Assembly (NCBI GenBank): GCA_038321315.1
Contig: JBBQEX010000005.1
Location: 164,097 to 212,473 of the forward strand
From: Haliangiales bacterium
Lineage (GTDB): Bacteria > Myxococcota_A > Polyangia > Haliangiales > Haliangiaceae
Reading direction: 5' to 3'
DNA length: 48,377 bases
Shown one piece after another: positions 1 to 8,302 of this stretch. The notes under the pieces were generated by a model, which ran no database searches, was not told the origin of the DNA, and saw only the letters and a program-made list of their open reading frames with translations. A program made the translations under genes and the position numbers. Position 1 is the stretch's first letter; the number at the start of each line of letters is the position of its first letter.

Positions 1-241
1 TCGGCGCGTGGACGCCGAGCGCGCGCGTGCGCTCGAGCACCACGAGGCCATCGAGATCGGGCAGCCCGAGGTCGAGCACGATCGCCTCGATGTCGCGCCG
101 CTCGACGCGCTGGATCGCCACGGCGCCGGTCGCGGCGACGTCGACCTCGAAACCATCCTCACGGAGGCCCTTCGCGAGCGACCCGGCCAGCACCTCATTG
201 TCGTCGACGACGAGCACGGCCACGGCGCTGACAACTAACAT
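1..241 (-). CDS. Response regulator receiver (REC) domain protein, 3'-truncated at window edge
   Basis: Reverse-complement translation from ATG at 241..239 gives MLVVSAVAVLVVDDNEVLAGSLAKGLREDGFEVDVAATGAVAIQRVERRDIEAIVLDLGLPDLDGLVVLERTR, a canonical CheY-like receiver (DD acid pocket, phospho-Asp in ILDLGLPD). No stop before the window edge. Confidence 0.55.
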   Translation of the reverse strand, partial: MLVVSAVAVLVVDDNEVLAGSLAKGLREDGFEVDVAATGAVAIQRVERRDIEAIVLDLGLPDLDGLVVLERTRALGVHAP

Positions 242-331
242 CAGTTCGGGCCGCAAGTGCTCGTTAAGATCCGATATGGGGCACCGGTTTGGCTTGCGAC
301 ACCCGCGGGGCGGAGCGCATACCGGTGCGCG

Positions 332-1228
332 ATGCGATCCTTCACCTCGCTCGCGCTCGCGCTCGTCTCGTTCGCCGCCTGTGGCACACCGACTCGCGGT
401 GGTAACCCCGTCGATGGATCGCCCGGTGGCGGCCACGATGGTCCCACGACGATCGACGGGCCGCCGATCGACGACGGTTGTGGTGGCGTCCCGAACTGCT
501 ACAGCGTGTACGCGCACTCGAACGACACGCTCTACGTGATCGATCTCACGACCAAGGCCCTGCAGGCCGTCGGCAAGTTCAACGCGCCGCTGGTCAACGG
601 CACGGCCGACGTCATCACGGACCTCGCGGTCGCGCCCGACGGCACGCTGTGGGCGATCTCGGAGTCGCAGCTCTACACCGCGAGCGCGACCGACGCGCAC
701 GTCACCCCGAAGGGCTCGCTGTCGGCCTGCGGGATGCGCGGCGTCGCGCTCACGTTCACGCCCGACGGCAAGCTCTACACCGGCGACTTCAAGGGCGCGA
801 TCTGCCAGATCGAGATCGGCGGCGCGACGCCGGTGGTCGATGCGCCGGTGACGCTGTCGGGTGGCTACGCGCTGTCGGGCGACATCGTCGCGGTCGGTGA
901 CGGCACCGTGTTCGGCACGCTGTACAAGCTGTCCGACGCCGCGAACAAGGGCACCCAGCTGAGCAACGTCCTCGGCACGATCAACGTGACGACGGGCGCG
1001 GTCACCGTGAAGGGCGCGACCGGCTATCCCAAGCTGTTCGGCACGTCGTTCGCGCACTCCAAGGTCATGGGCTTCAGCCACGACGGCACCGGCGACGTGA
1101 TCGCGATCGATCCGGCGACCGGCGCGGGCACGGTGTTCGCGACGTTCCTCGATCCGACGACGCACGCGGGCATCGCGTTCTCGGGAGCCGGCGTCAACGC
1201 GCTGGTCTCCGTCATCGGCAAGCGCTGA
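332..1228 (+). CDS. Secreted lipoprotein, hypothetical (possible beta-propeller-like fold)
   Basis: ATG at 332 begins MRSFTSLALALVSFAAC, a lipoprotein signal with lipobox. Long ORF with high GC3. Track ORF 257..1228 is in the same frame. Confidence 0.75.
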   Translation: MRSFTSLALALVSFAACGTPTRGGNPVDGSPGGGHDGPTTIDGPPIDDGCGGVPNCYSVYAHSNDTLYVIDLTTKALQAVGKFNAPLVNGTADVITDLAVAPDGTLWAISESQLYTASATDAHVTPKGSLSACGMRGVALTFTPDGKLYTGDFKGAICQIEIGGATPVVDAPVTLSGGYALSGDIVAVGDGTVFGTLYKLSDAANKGTQLSNVLGTINVTTGAVTVKGATGYPKLFGTSFAHSKVMGFSHDGTGDVIAIDPATGAGTVFATFLDPTTHAGIAFSGAGVNALVSVIGKR

Positions 1229-1229
1229 G

Positions 1230-2312
1230 CTAGCGCGCGACGCCGGCCGCGAAGTCGCGGTCGATCGCGGTCTTGATCTTCGCGAGCTCGGCCTGGGTGT
1301 CGAAGATCACCCCGACCTCGCGGTTGTAGCCGAGCGAGCCCGCCGAGAAGTTCTCCGAGCCGACGAAGCCGCGCGTGCAGGTCGCCGCGGTCGCGCAGTC
1401 GATCACGATCGCCTTCGCGTGGATGTACGGGTTGCTCGCGGTGCCGTTGCCCGAGGTCGGGCCGGTCGTCACGACCTTGGCGCCCGCCGCCTTGACCAGC
1501 GAGACCGAGGTGCTGTCGAGCGTCGAGTTCGCGATGATCACGTGGACCGTGACGCCGCGTTGCGCGGCGCGCGCCACCGCCCTGACGACGCCGTTCGCCG
1601 TCGAGTCGCTGAACTCCTCACCCTCGACATCGAGCGTGTGGGTGGCCGCGTCGATCAGCGCGACGAGCCGCGGGCGCGCGTTGGCGTTCGCGACGACGAG
1701 GTCGCCGGTCGGTGCGATCGTCTGGTTGGCGTGATCGGCGACGAACACCGCGGTCGCCTCGGCGACATCAGCGGCGTCGGTGTCGATCGCGAGGTACTCG
1801 CGGTTGTACTTCGGCGACGACGTGTTCGCGTTCATCGTCATGATCCACGCGGTCTTGCCGTCGACGATCACGCACTTCTCGTGGGTGTAGGTGAAGCGCG
1901 AGCTCGACCACACGACCGACGCGCCGGCCGCGACCAGCTGGTCGTGTGCCGGCGTGTTGAACGACTTGGTCGACGACGAGCCGTCGAGCACGACGCGGAC
2001 CGGGATCCCGGCCTGGGCACGCGCGGCGAGGGCCCCGACCACGTTGGCGGCGTCGATCTCGTACATCGTCACGTCGACCGAGTGCTGCGCACCGGCGATC
2101 GCGTCGACCAGCTGCTGGCCCTTCTGACCGTCGGGCTCGACGATGATCGAGATCGCGTGGGTCGGCGGTGGGGCATCGGCGCCGCCGCGCGCGTCGACCG
2201 CGCCGCTGCCGCGAGCACCGTCGCCGGTCGGCCCCGCGTCCGAGCCGGGGTTCGACATCCCCGCGGTCGTACACGCGGAGAGCAGAACTGCAGCAACAGC
2301 GCGGAACAACAC
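1230..2312 (-). CDS. Phospholipase D-like (HKD) family lipoprotein
   Basis: Two HxKxxxxD motifs (HEKCVIVDG and HAKAIVID). N-terminal lipoprotein signal AAVLLSAC. GTG start at 2312. Convergent with the upstream lipoprotein gene, 1-nt gap. Confidence 0.85.
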   Translation of the reverse strand: MLFRAVAAVLLSACTTAGMSNPGSDAGPTGDGARGSGAVDARGGADAPPPTHAISIIVEPDGQKGQQLVDAIAGAQHSVDVTMYEIDAANVVGALAARAQAGIPVRVVLDGSSSTKSFNTPAHDQLVAAGASVVWSSSRFTYTHEKCVIVDGKTAWIMTMNANTSSPKYNREYLAIDTDAADVAEATAVFVADHANQTIAPTGDLVVANANARPRLVALIDAATHTLDVEGEEFSDSTANGVVRAVARAAQRGVTVHVIIANSTLDSTSVSLVKAAGAKVVTTGPTSGNGTASNPYIHAKAIVIDCATAATCTRGFVGSENFSAGSLGYNREVGVIFDTQAELAKIKTAIDRDFAAGVAR

Positions 2313-2366
2313 GGGCCGGGACCATACTCAGATCCGCGACCGCCGCGCGTTAAGACTCGCTACCAA

Positions 2367-5207
2367 CTACTGGCAGCTGTAGCCCGACGCGTAGATCGAG
2401 AACGCTCGCAGGCTGCCGACGTCGCCGGGTGTGCTGTCGGCCACATGGACGGTCCACGTGCCGCTCGCCGGCTGACCCGAGAACGCGGCCAGGGCCTGCT
2501 GCGGGTGGAAGTACCCGCTGAACGGCGCGTCGGTGGGCAACACGGTCTCGATCGACGAGAACGCCTGATCGTCGAGCATCGTCTGACACAGGTTGTTCCC
2601 GTCGTTGCCCGGGCCGCCGATCGCCGACAGCAGCGACACCGTGGTGCCGGCGGGCGAGCTCAGCGCGAGCGAGACATCGCTGATCCACGTGTGATCGAGC
2701 CCGACCTCGGTCGAGCCCTCGAGCGCGCTGCACGCGGTGCCGTCGATCGTGAACGTGAGGTGGCTGATCGGGCTCGTCCCGGTCAGCGTGATCGGGAGGT
2801 CGACGCCCATCGCGTCACCATCCGGGATCGCGACCGGCGCCCCGGCATAGGTGAACACCTGCGTCGCGGCGAAGTCGGGACGTCCGACCAGCAGCGAGAA
2901 CGGGATCACCGCCGGGTGCGAGCCGTTGCCCGTGTAGGAGACCGTCAGCGCGAAGTCGAGCTTCTGGCCGCACAACACGGTCGGCGCGACGGTGAACGCG
3001 AACGCCGTCGGATCGGTCGCGGTCGCGCCGCCCGCGACGTTCGGATACGTCGAGGTCGCGGAGGTGATCGTCACGCCCGGCGTGCTCGACGACAGCGTCG
3101 CCGAGACGGCAGTCGCCTTCGCGAGCCCGCTGTTGATCAGCTGGAGGCGCAGCGACGCACCGCCGCCGGGCAGGATCACGTCGGCGGTCGGCGTCACGGT
3201 GAGCGTGTTCTGCTCGAGGTAGACCGCCGGCGTCGCGCCGAGCTTCTTGAGTGCACCGGGCGCCCATGCGATGCCCGCGCCGGCATCGCGATCGCGGCCG
3301 GCGGCCTCGATGTCGAGCGCGGTCGCGGTCAGCGCCGCGCGGATCTGCGCCGAGGTGGCGGTCGGCACCGCCGACTTCGCGAGGGCCGCGACCGCGCCGA
3401 CGTGCGGCGCCGCGGCGCTCGTGCCGAAGAACGGGTTGAGGCCGGAGCCGCCGGGCAGCGTCGTCGCGACGCCGTCCGCGCCGGCGATGTCCGGCTTGGT
3501 GCGATTCTGGCCGCCACCGCTCGCGAACGTCACCTTGCCGGGGTTGAACGCGTTGCCGTCGCGATCGTAGAACACGCGCCGCGGACCATCCGAGCTGAAC
3601 AGCTCGATCGGCGTCGTCGGGCCCGCGGTGAACGCCCCGCCGCTCGCCTCCGCCGAGTACACCGCGGCCGCACCGAGTGCACCGTTCGCCGAGTTGTGGC
3701 CGAACGTCGCGCCGTCGGTCGCGATGCCGAGCTCGCCGTTGTAGACCGTCGCGCGCAGCGCCCGGGTCTCGGCGTTCGGGTGCTTCGCGATCACGACGCG
3801 GCTGCCCGCGGGAAACGAGTAGCCGAGGTACTCGGCCGGGATGCCGGCGCCGTCCTGGAGGTCGGTCGACGCGATGAGGACGTTGCGCAGGTCGGCATCG
3901 AGCACGAACAGGTCGTAGTCGTTCGACGACTGCGGCAGATCGAGCGACGACGGGTCGCTCCACTGCAGGACGATCGGGCCGCCGGTCTTCTCGATGCGAT
4001 CCGAGATCACCTTGTCGCCGAAGCTGTGGACGGTGTAGCCCGACGGGAGCGTCGCGAGCGTCCCGGCCGCCTTGAAGTCGCCTTCCCAGGTTCCGGAGGT
4101 GCCGTCGTCGAAGTTGCCTTCGTTACCCGCCGACGAGACGTAGACCGCGCCGTCGGCGACGACGTCATCGACCGCGGCGGCGATGATGTCGTCCTGATAC
4201 GGATTCTCCTCGTAGTAGATCACGTCGTCGACGATGACGTCCGCGTGATACGTGAAGCGCAGCGCGCGGATGTTGTCGGCCATCTGATCGGGGCCGTTGA
4301 ACGCGGTCGCGAACGCGAGCTTCGCGCCCGGCGCGAGGTCGTGCACGATCTCCATCATCGCGGTGCCTTCACCGGCGCCGGGTCGGCCGTCCTGACCGCC
4401 GAGCGTGATCGTGTCGGCGGGCAGATCGCCCGACGCGATCGCGGCCTCGCGACCGTCATCGCTGTCGGACAGCACGCCGACCGTCACGCCGGTCCCGTCG
4501 GCGCCATACTGCTTGCGCGCGAGGTCCGCGCCGTGCGCCGCGGCGCCAGCGGAGACCACCGAGCCCGTCGTCGTGCCGGGCGTCACGAGGCTCGCGTGCG
4601 ACGCGTTGGTCCACGCGCGCTGTGCCTCCTGCATCGCCGCGACGCGCGCCGCATCGGTCCCGACGTCGATCTGCCGGTTGCCCTTGCGGCCGTTGGCGCG
4701 CTGGGTCTTCGCGGCGTACGCCGGGCGGATCGCCGTCACGCCGGCGTCACCGGCGAGCTGCTCGAGCTTGCTCGCGTCGAGCCAGGCGCGCGTCGCGTGA
4801 TGCAGCGGCGAGCTACCGACGAACACGCCACCGAGCGCCTCGATCCGGGCCTTCGCGACGTCACCCTTGATGTCGACGAGGATGCGTCCGCTCGCGTCGT
4901 GCGAGGCGAGCGGCAGGATCTGCTTGTCCGGATCCTTGCCGCCGAGATTCGCGGCGAACGTCCCCTTCGCCTCGTAGAGCAGCGCCGAAGCGATCTTGCG
5001 CTGCGGTGGCGTGCGCGCGGCCTTCTCCGCGAGCAGCTTCTCGATCTGGTCCTGGGCACTCTGAGGGAGTGCCACCACGCTGTCGTCGGGAGCCGACGTC
5101 GGCTCCGTGCTGCACCCCACCAACGGTGTGATCAGCGAGGTCGCGATCACCAAAAACAAACTCTTCTTCACGGTCCAGCTCCTCGTGTTGTTAGACGGCC
5201 GGTGCAT
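2367..5207 (-). CDS. Subtilisin-like S8 serine peptidase with C-terminal proprotein-convertase P-domain, lipoprotein
   Basis: Catalytic triad contexts VGVLSDSDDG (Asp), HGTAMMEIV (His), GTSAAAPHVGAVAAL (Ser). C-terminal P-domain-like region (GTTVSLLSAIGGPGNDGNNLC). Signal/lipobox LITPLVGCS. Start chosen at the MHRP Met (5207); a GTG (VKKSLFL) at 5171 is an alternative. Track ORF extends to 5282. Confidence 0.88.
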   Translation of the reverse strand: MHRPSNNTRSWTVKKSLFLVIATSLITPLVGCSTEPTSAPDDSVVALPQSAQDQIEKLLAEKAARTPPQRKIASALLYEAKGTFAANLGGKDPDKQILPLASHDASGRILVDIKGDVAKARIEALGGVFVGSSPLHHATRAWLDASKLEQLAGDAGVTAIRPAYAAKTQRANGRKGNRQIDVGTDAARVAAMQEAQRAWTNASHASLVTPGTTTGSVVSAGAAAHGADLARKQYGADGTGVTVGVLSDSDDGREAAIASGDLPADTITLGGQDGRPGAGEGTAMMEIVHDLAPGAKLAFATAFNGPDQMADNIRALRFTYHADVIVDDVIYYEENPYQDDIIAAAVDDVVADGAVYVSSAGNEGNFDDGTSGTWEGDFKAAGTLATLPSGYTVHSFGDKVISDRIEKTGGPIVLQWSDPSSLDLPQSSNDYDLFVLDADLRNVLIASTDLQDGAGIPAEYLGYSFPAGSRVVIAKHPNAETRALRATVYNGELGIATDGATFGHNSANGALGAAAVYSAEASGGAFTAGPTTPIELFSSDGPRRVFYDRDGNAFNPGKVTFASGGGQNRTKPDIAGADGVATTLPGGSGLNPFFGTSAAAPHVGAVAALAKSAVPTATSAQIRAALTATALDIEAAGRDRDAGAGIAWAPGALKKLGATPAVYLEQNTLTVTPTADVILPGGGASLRLQLINSGLAKATAVSATLSSSTPGVTITSATSTYPNVAGGATATDPTAFAFTVAPTVLCGQKLDFALTVSYTGNGSHPAVIPFSLLVGRPDFAATQVFTYAGAPVAIPDGDAMGVDLPITLTGTSPISHLTFTIDGTACSALEGSTEVGLDHTWISDVSLALSSPAGTTVSLLSAIGGPGNDGNNLCQTMLDDQAFSSIETVLPTDAPFSGYFHPQQALAAFSGQPASGTWTVHVADSTPGDVGSLRAFSIYASGYSCQ

Positions 5208-5355
5208 AGGACCGCCACGACGAGCCGCGGTTGCAGCGCGAACGTGGAAAAGGCCGGCGAAACGATCGCGAAGTGCGGTCACTACCGACGGTGTTGCGAT
5301 TCACTATGGCCGTCGTCGAAACGGCAACGATCGAGCCGTGTGATAACTGCATCCC

Positions 5356-6360
5356 ATGTCACGACTAATCTGGTTGGTGATCCTCGCTGCGTGTAGCGGC
5401 AAGCCGGCGGTGAGGCCGGCGCCGCCGGAGATGGCGAACCTCGACGTCTATGGCTCCGCCGTGCTCGATCGCGAGCACCTGATCGCGCGCTATCGCGACC
5501 CGCTCGTCCTCGCGATCCGCGAACCGGATCTGCTTCGCGCCCTCGCCGAGCGCATCGCGAAGGACGGTGACTTCGCCTACGCCGAGTTCAGCCAGATCAC
5601 CTACTACGACCCCGAGCGCACGTTCACCACGCTCGATCTCGTCGATCGACGCGATGCGGCCCGGCGGATGACGTACGTCTCGGTGCCATCGTCCCGCGAG
5701 CACGCCGACCCCGACGGCCTGATCGCCGCATGGAACGACGACTACGAACCGAAGTTCATGGCGCACCTGAAGGACAACACGCTCGACTTCAAGGCGCCGT
5801 GCCCGTTCTGGCACTGCCTCGGGTTCGGAAACGCCGAGCTCGAGCCGTTCCGCGATCGGTTCGCGGCTTCGGTGCCGGCGCACGAGGCCGAGCTCGCCGC
5901 GATCCTGCTCGAGGATTCACGGATGACCTGGCGCGCGACCGCGGCGTTCCTGCTCGCGCACCTCGCGTCGGGCCCGCGCGTCGTCGAGCTGATGCTCCAG
6001 CGGATCCGCGACCCCGAGGCGCTCGTGCGCAACAACACGATGCGCGTGCTCGCGCTGATCGCGATCGACCATCCCGAGGTCGACATCCCCGTCGGCCCGA
6101 TCCTCGACGTGCTCGAGCTGCCGAGCACGCTCGATCGCAACAAGGCCTCGGCGGTCCTGTCGGGGCTGGTCAAGCGCGAGGCGAACCGCGCCACGATCCG
6201 CGCACGCGGCGGCGCGACGCTCGTCGCGATGCTCGCGCTCGGCCAGCCGAACAATCACGACTTCGCGTACAAGATCCTGAAGACCCTCGCCGGCAAGGAT
6301 CTCGGCGAGCACGACCTCGCCGCGTGGCGCGCGTGGCTCGCGTCCGATATGCCACGATAG
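5356..6360 (+). CDS. Lipoprotein with HEAT/armadillo-like C-terminal repeats, hypothetical
   Basis: MSRLIWLVILAACSG lipobox. 334-aa ORF with high GC3. The next gene starts 6 nt downstream, so an operon is likely. Confidence 0.7.
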   Translation: MSRLIWLVILAACSGKPAVRPAPPEMANLDVYGSAVLDREHLIARYRDPLVLAIREPDLLRALAERIAKDGDFAYAEFSQITYYDPERTFTTLDLVDRRDAARRMTYVSVPSSREHADPDGLIAAWNDDYEPKFMAHLKDNTLDFKAPCPFWHCLGFGNAELEPFRDRFAASVPAHEAELAAILLEDSRMTWRATAAFLLAHLASGPRVVELMLQRIRDPEALVRNNTMRVLALIAIDHPEVDIPVGPILDVLELPSTLDRNKASAVLSGLVKREANRATIRARGGATLVAMLALGQPNNHDFAYKILKTLAGKDLGEHDLAAWRAWLASDMPR

Positions 6361-6365
6361 GCGCG

Positions 6366-7553
6366 ATGGAGATCGCCTGTCCGGACGGCTACACGTTCGT
6401 GCGGTTCGAGGGCGGCGACCCGGCGCAGTTTCGCGCGCGCGAAGCGAGCGGCCAGGCGGTCACGATCCGCGACGCCCGGGTGAGGGCGCCCGGCTATCGC
6501 CGCCAGGTCGTCGAACGGCTCGCCCCGATGTCGGCGATCCGCAGCGACCACCTGGTCCAGATCCTCGAGGTGATCGACGACGGCGACGACGTCTACGTCG
6601 TGACCGAGCCGCTCGCCGGGACGTGGTTCGACACCGAGCTCCGGCGCGGCGGCGTGTCGCCCGATCGGATCTTCGAGGTCGTCGATCGTGCGATCGCCGC
6701 GCTCGAGGTGCTGCACGACGCGGGTGTCGTGCATCGCAAGCTGCGCGCGTCCGCGATCCTGACCGCGCCGCGCGGCATCGTCATCGACATCCCCGACATC
6801 GGGTACATCTCGCACGCCGAGGCGGCGAACCGGCCGGTGTTGATCCTGCCACCGCCGCCGTCGACGATCGTGCTGCCCGAGGTCGATCGGATCTTCCCGA
6901 CTCCGGCCGGTGACATCTACGCGATCGGTCTCCTCTTGTGGGAGGCGTTCGCGGGCCACGCGATGCACGCGGGCTCGTACTTCGACATCCTGCGGCGCGT
7001 GATCGGCGAACCCGCGCCGGCCTGTCCAGCCGCGCTGTCGGACGAGCTACGCGGGCTGATCGCGCGGTGCCTCGATCGCGATCCGGCCGCGCGACCCGCG
7101 CTCGCCGAGGTCCGCCGCGATCTGCCGCCGAGCCGGTTCGTCGACCTCTTGACGTCGGTCCCCGCGCCGGTCGATCCCGACGAGGCAGCGCTCCTCGCCA
7201 CGCTTCGCGACGAGCCCGGTGACGAGGCGGCCCGGCTGGTCTACGCGGACTGGCTCGAGGAGCACGGCGATCCCGATCGTGCCGCCTTCGTGCGCACCGC
7301 GGTTCCGACCCCAGCCGGCGATGCGCGCTGGCGATCGATCGTCTCGCGTGCGGCCATCGCGCGCTGCCCGTCGGAGCGGCCGAGCTGTCCGACGCAGTGG
7401 GATGGCTTCATGGCGACCGAGCGCGACGGCGTCCGGCACTGCGAGCGCTGCACGCTGCCGGTGTTCTACGCGACGACGCCCGAGGAGGCAGCCGCGTACA
7501 CCGCGGACGGTGAGATCGTCGTCGTGGACCCGGCGCTCGCGACCCGAACGTGA
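6366..7553 (+). CDS. Degenerate Ser/Thr protein-kinase-like (pseudokinase) domain fused to TIGR02996 repeat-companion domain
   Basis: Kinase subdomains are recognisable but catalytically degenerate. There is no Gly-rich loop. HRD is replaced by HRK (VVHRKLRASAILT) and DFG by DIPDIGY. Subdomain IX is DIYAIGLLLWE. The C-terminal DEAARLVYADWLEEHGDPDRAAFVR matches the TIGR02996 signature. ATG at 6366 (MEIACPDGY). Confidence 0.75.
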   Translation: MEIACPDGYTFVRFEGGDPAQFRAREASGQAVTIRDARVRAPGYRRQVVERLAPMSAIRSDHLVQILEVIDDGDDVYVVTEPLAGTWFDTELRRGGVSPDRIFEVVDRAIAALEVLHDAGVVHRKLRASAILTAPRGIVIDIPDIGYISHAEAANRPVLILPPPPSTIVLPEVDRIFPTPAGDIYAIGLLLWEAFAGHAMHAGSYFDILRRVIGEPAPACPAALSDELRGLIARCLDRDPAARPALAEVRRDLPPSRFVDLLTSVPAPVDPDEAALLATLRDEPGDEAARLVYADWLEEHGDPDRAAFVRTAVPTPAGDARWRSIVSRAAIARCPSERPSCPTQWDGFMATERDGVRHCERCTLPVFYATTPEEAAAYTADGEIVVVDPALATRT

Positions 7554-7582
7554 CGAGTCGCGGACCGCATGACGAACCCCTG

Positions 7583-8248
7583 TCACCGTGCCGGGTCGTC
7601 GAGATCGGCGAACACGAAGCCGCCGCGCTCGACGATCTCGCCGGGCACGACCTCGATCGCGCGATCGAACATCGGACCGTGCGTGACGAACGTGTGGAAC
7701 TCGCCGTGCTCGCCGCACGGGTCGACGTCGCCCGGAAGATCGGCGAGCAGCCGTGCGTCGAACGCCCGACCGGCGAAGGCCGCCGGCAGTCGCCGCGGAT
7801 CGACACACGTGAGGCGCGCCGACATCCCGGCGTCGATCATCTCGGTGGCGAGCGCGCGGGTGTCGCGGCCCCACAGCGGAAACACCGGGACGAGTCCGAG
7901 CGGGCGCAACAAGGTCTCGCGATACGCGCGGATATCGGCGAGGAACAGATCGCCGAACACGACGTGCGTGATGCCGCGCTCCTTCGCGGCCGTGAGCCAG
8001 CCGATCATCGTCTGCTCGTAGATCTCGTTCGTACACGTCGCCGGGATGCCGACCTCGAGGCAGGGCAGGCCGAGCGCGCGCGCCTGACGGGCGAGCAGCT
8101 CGCGGCGAACGCCGTGCATCGAGACCCGGTCGTAGTCCTCGGTGACCGTGGTCAGGATCCCGGCGATCTCGAGCTCGCCGGCGCGCGCGACCTCGTGGAG
8201 CGCGTACGCGCTGTCCTTGCCCGAGCTCCACGAGACCAGCGCCTTCAT
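7583..8248 (-). CDS. PP-loop ATP pyrophosphatase, Dph6-related (MJ0570/DUF71 family)
   Basis: N-terminus MKALVSWSSGKDSAYAL has the SGGKDS PP-loop; 221 aa, high GC3. It is the only real part of the 1001-aa track ORF 7583..10588; the rest of that ORF is antisense to the Kelch gene. Confidence 0.8.
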   Translation of the reverse strand: MKALVSWSSGKDSAYALHEVARAGELEIAGILTTVTEDYDRVSMHGVRRELLARQARALGLPCLEVGIPATCTNEIYEQTMIGWLTAAKERGITHVVFGDLFLADIRAYRETLLRPLGLVPVFPLWGRDTRALATEMIDAGMSARLTCVDPRRLPAAFAGRAFDARLLADLPGDVDPCGEHGEFHTFVTHGPMFDRAIEVVPGEIVERGGFVFADLDDPAR

Positions 8249-8302
8249 CGCGGTCGATGCTAGCTGTTGCGGTCGGTGGTTTCGACAGGCTACGACTTCG
8301 CG

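Noticed and set aside
1419-5396. 1325-aa plus-strand ORF spanning the PLD and S8 genes
   Set aside because: Extremely Arg/Asp/Gly-rich with no domain. It is antisense to two well-supported minus-strand genes, so it is a stop-poor antisense frame artifact of a 70%-GC genome.
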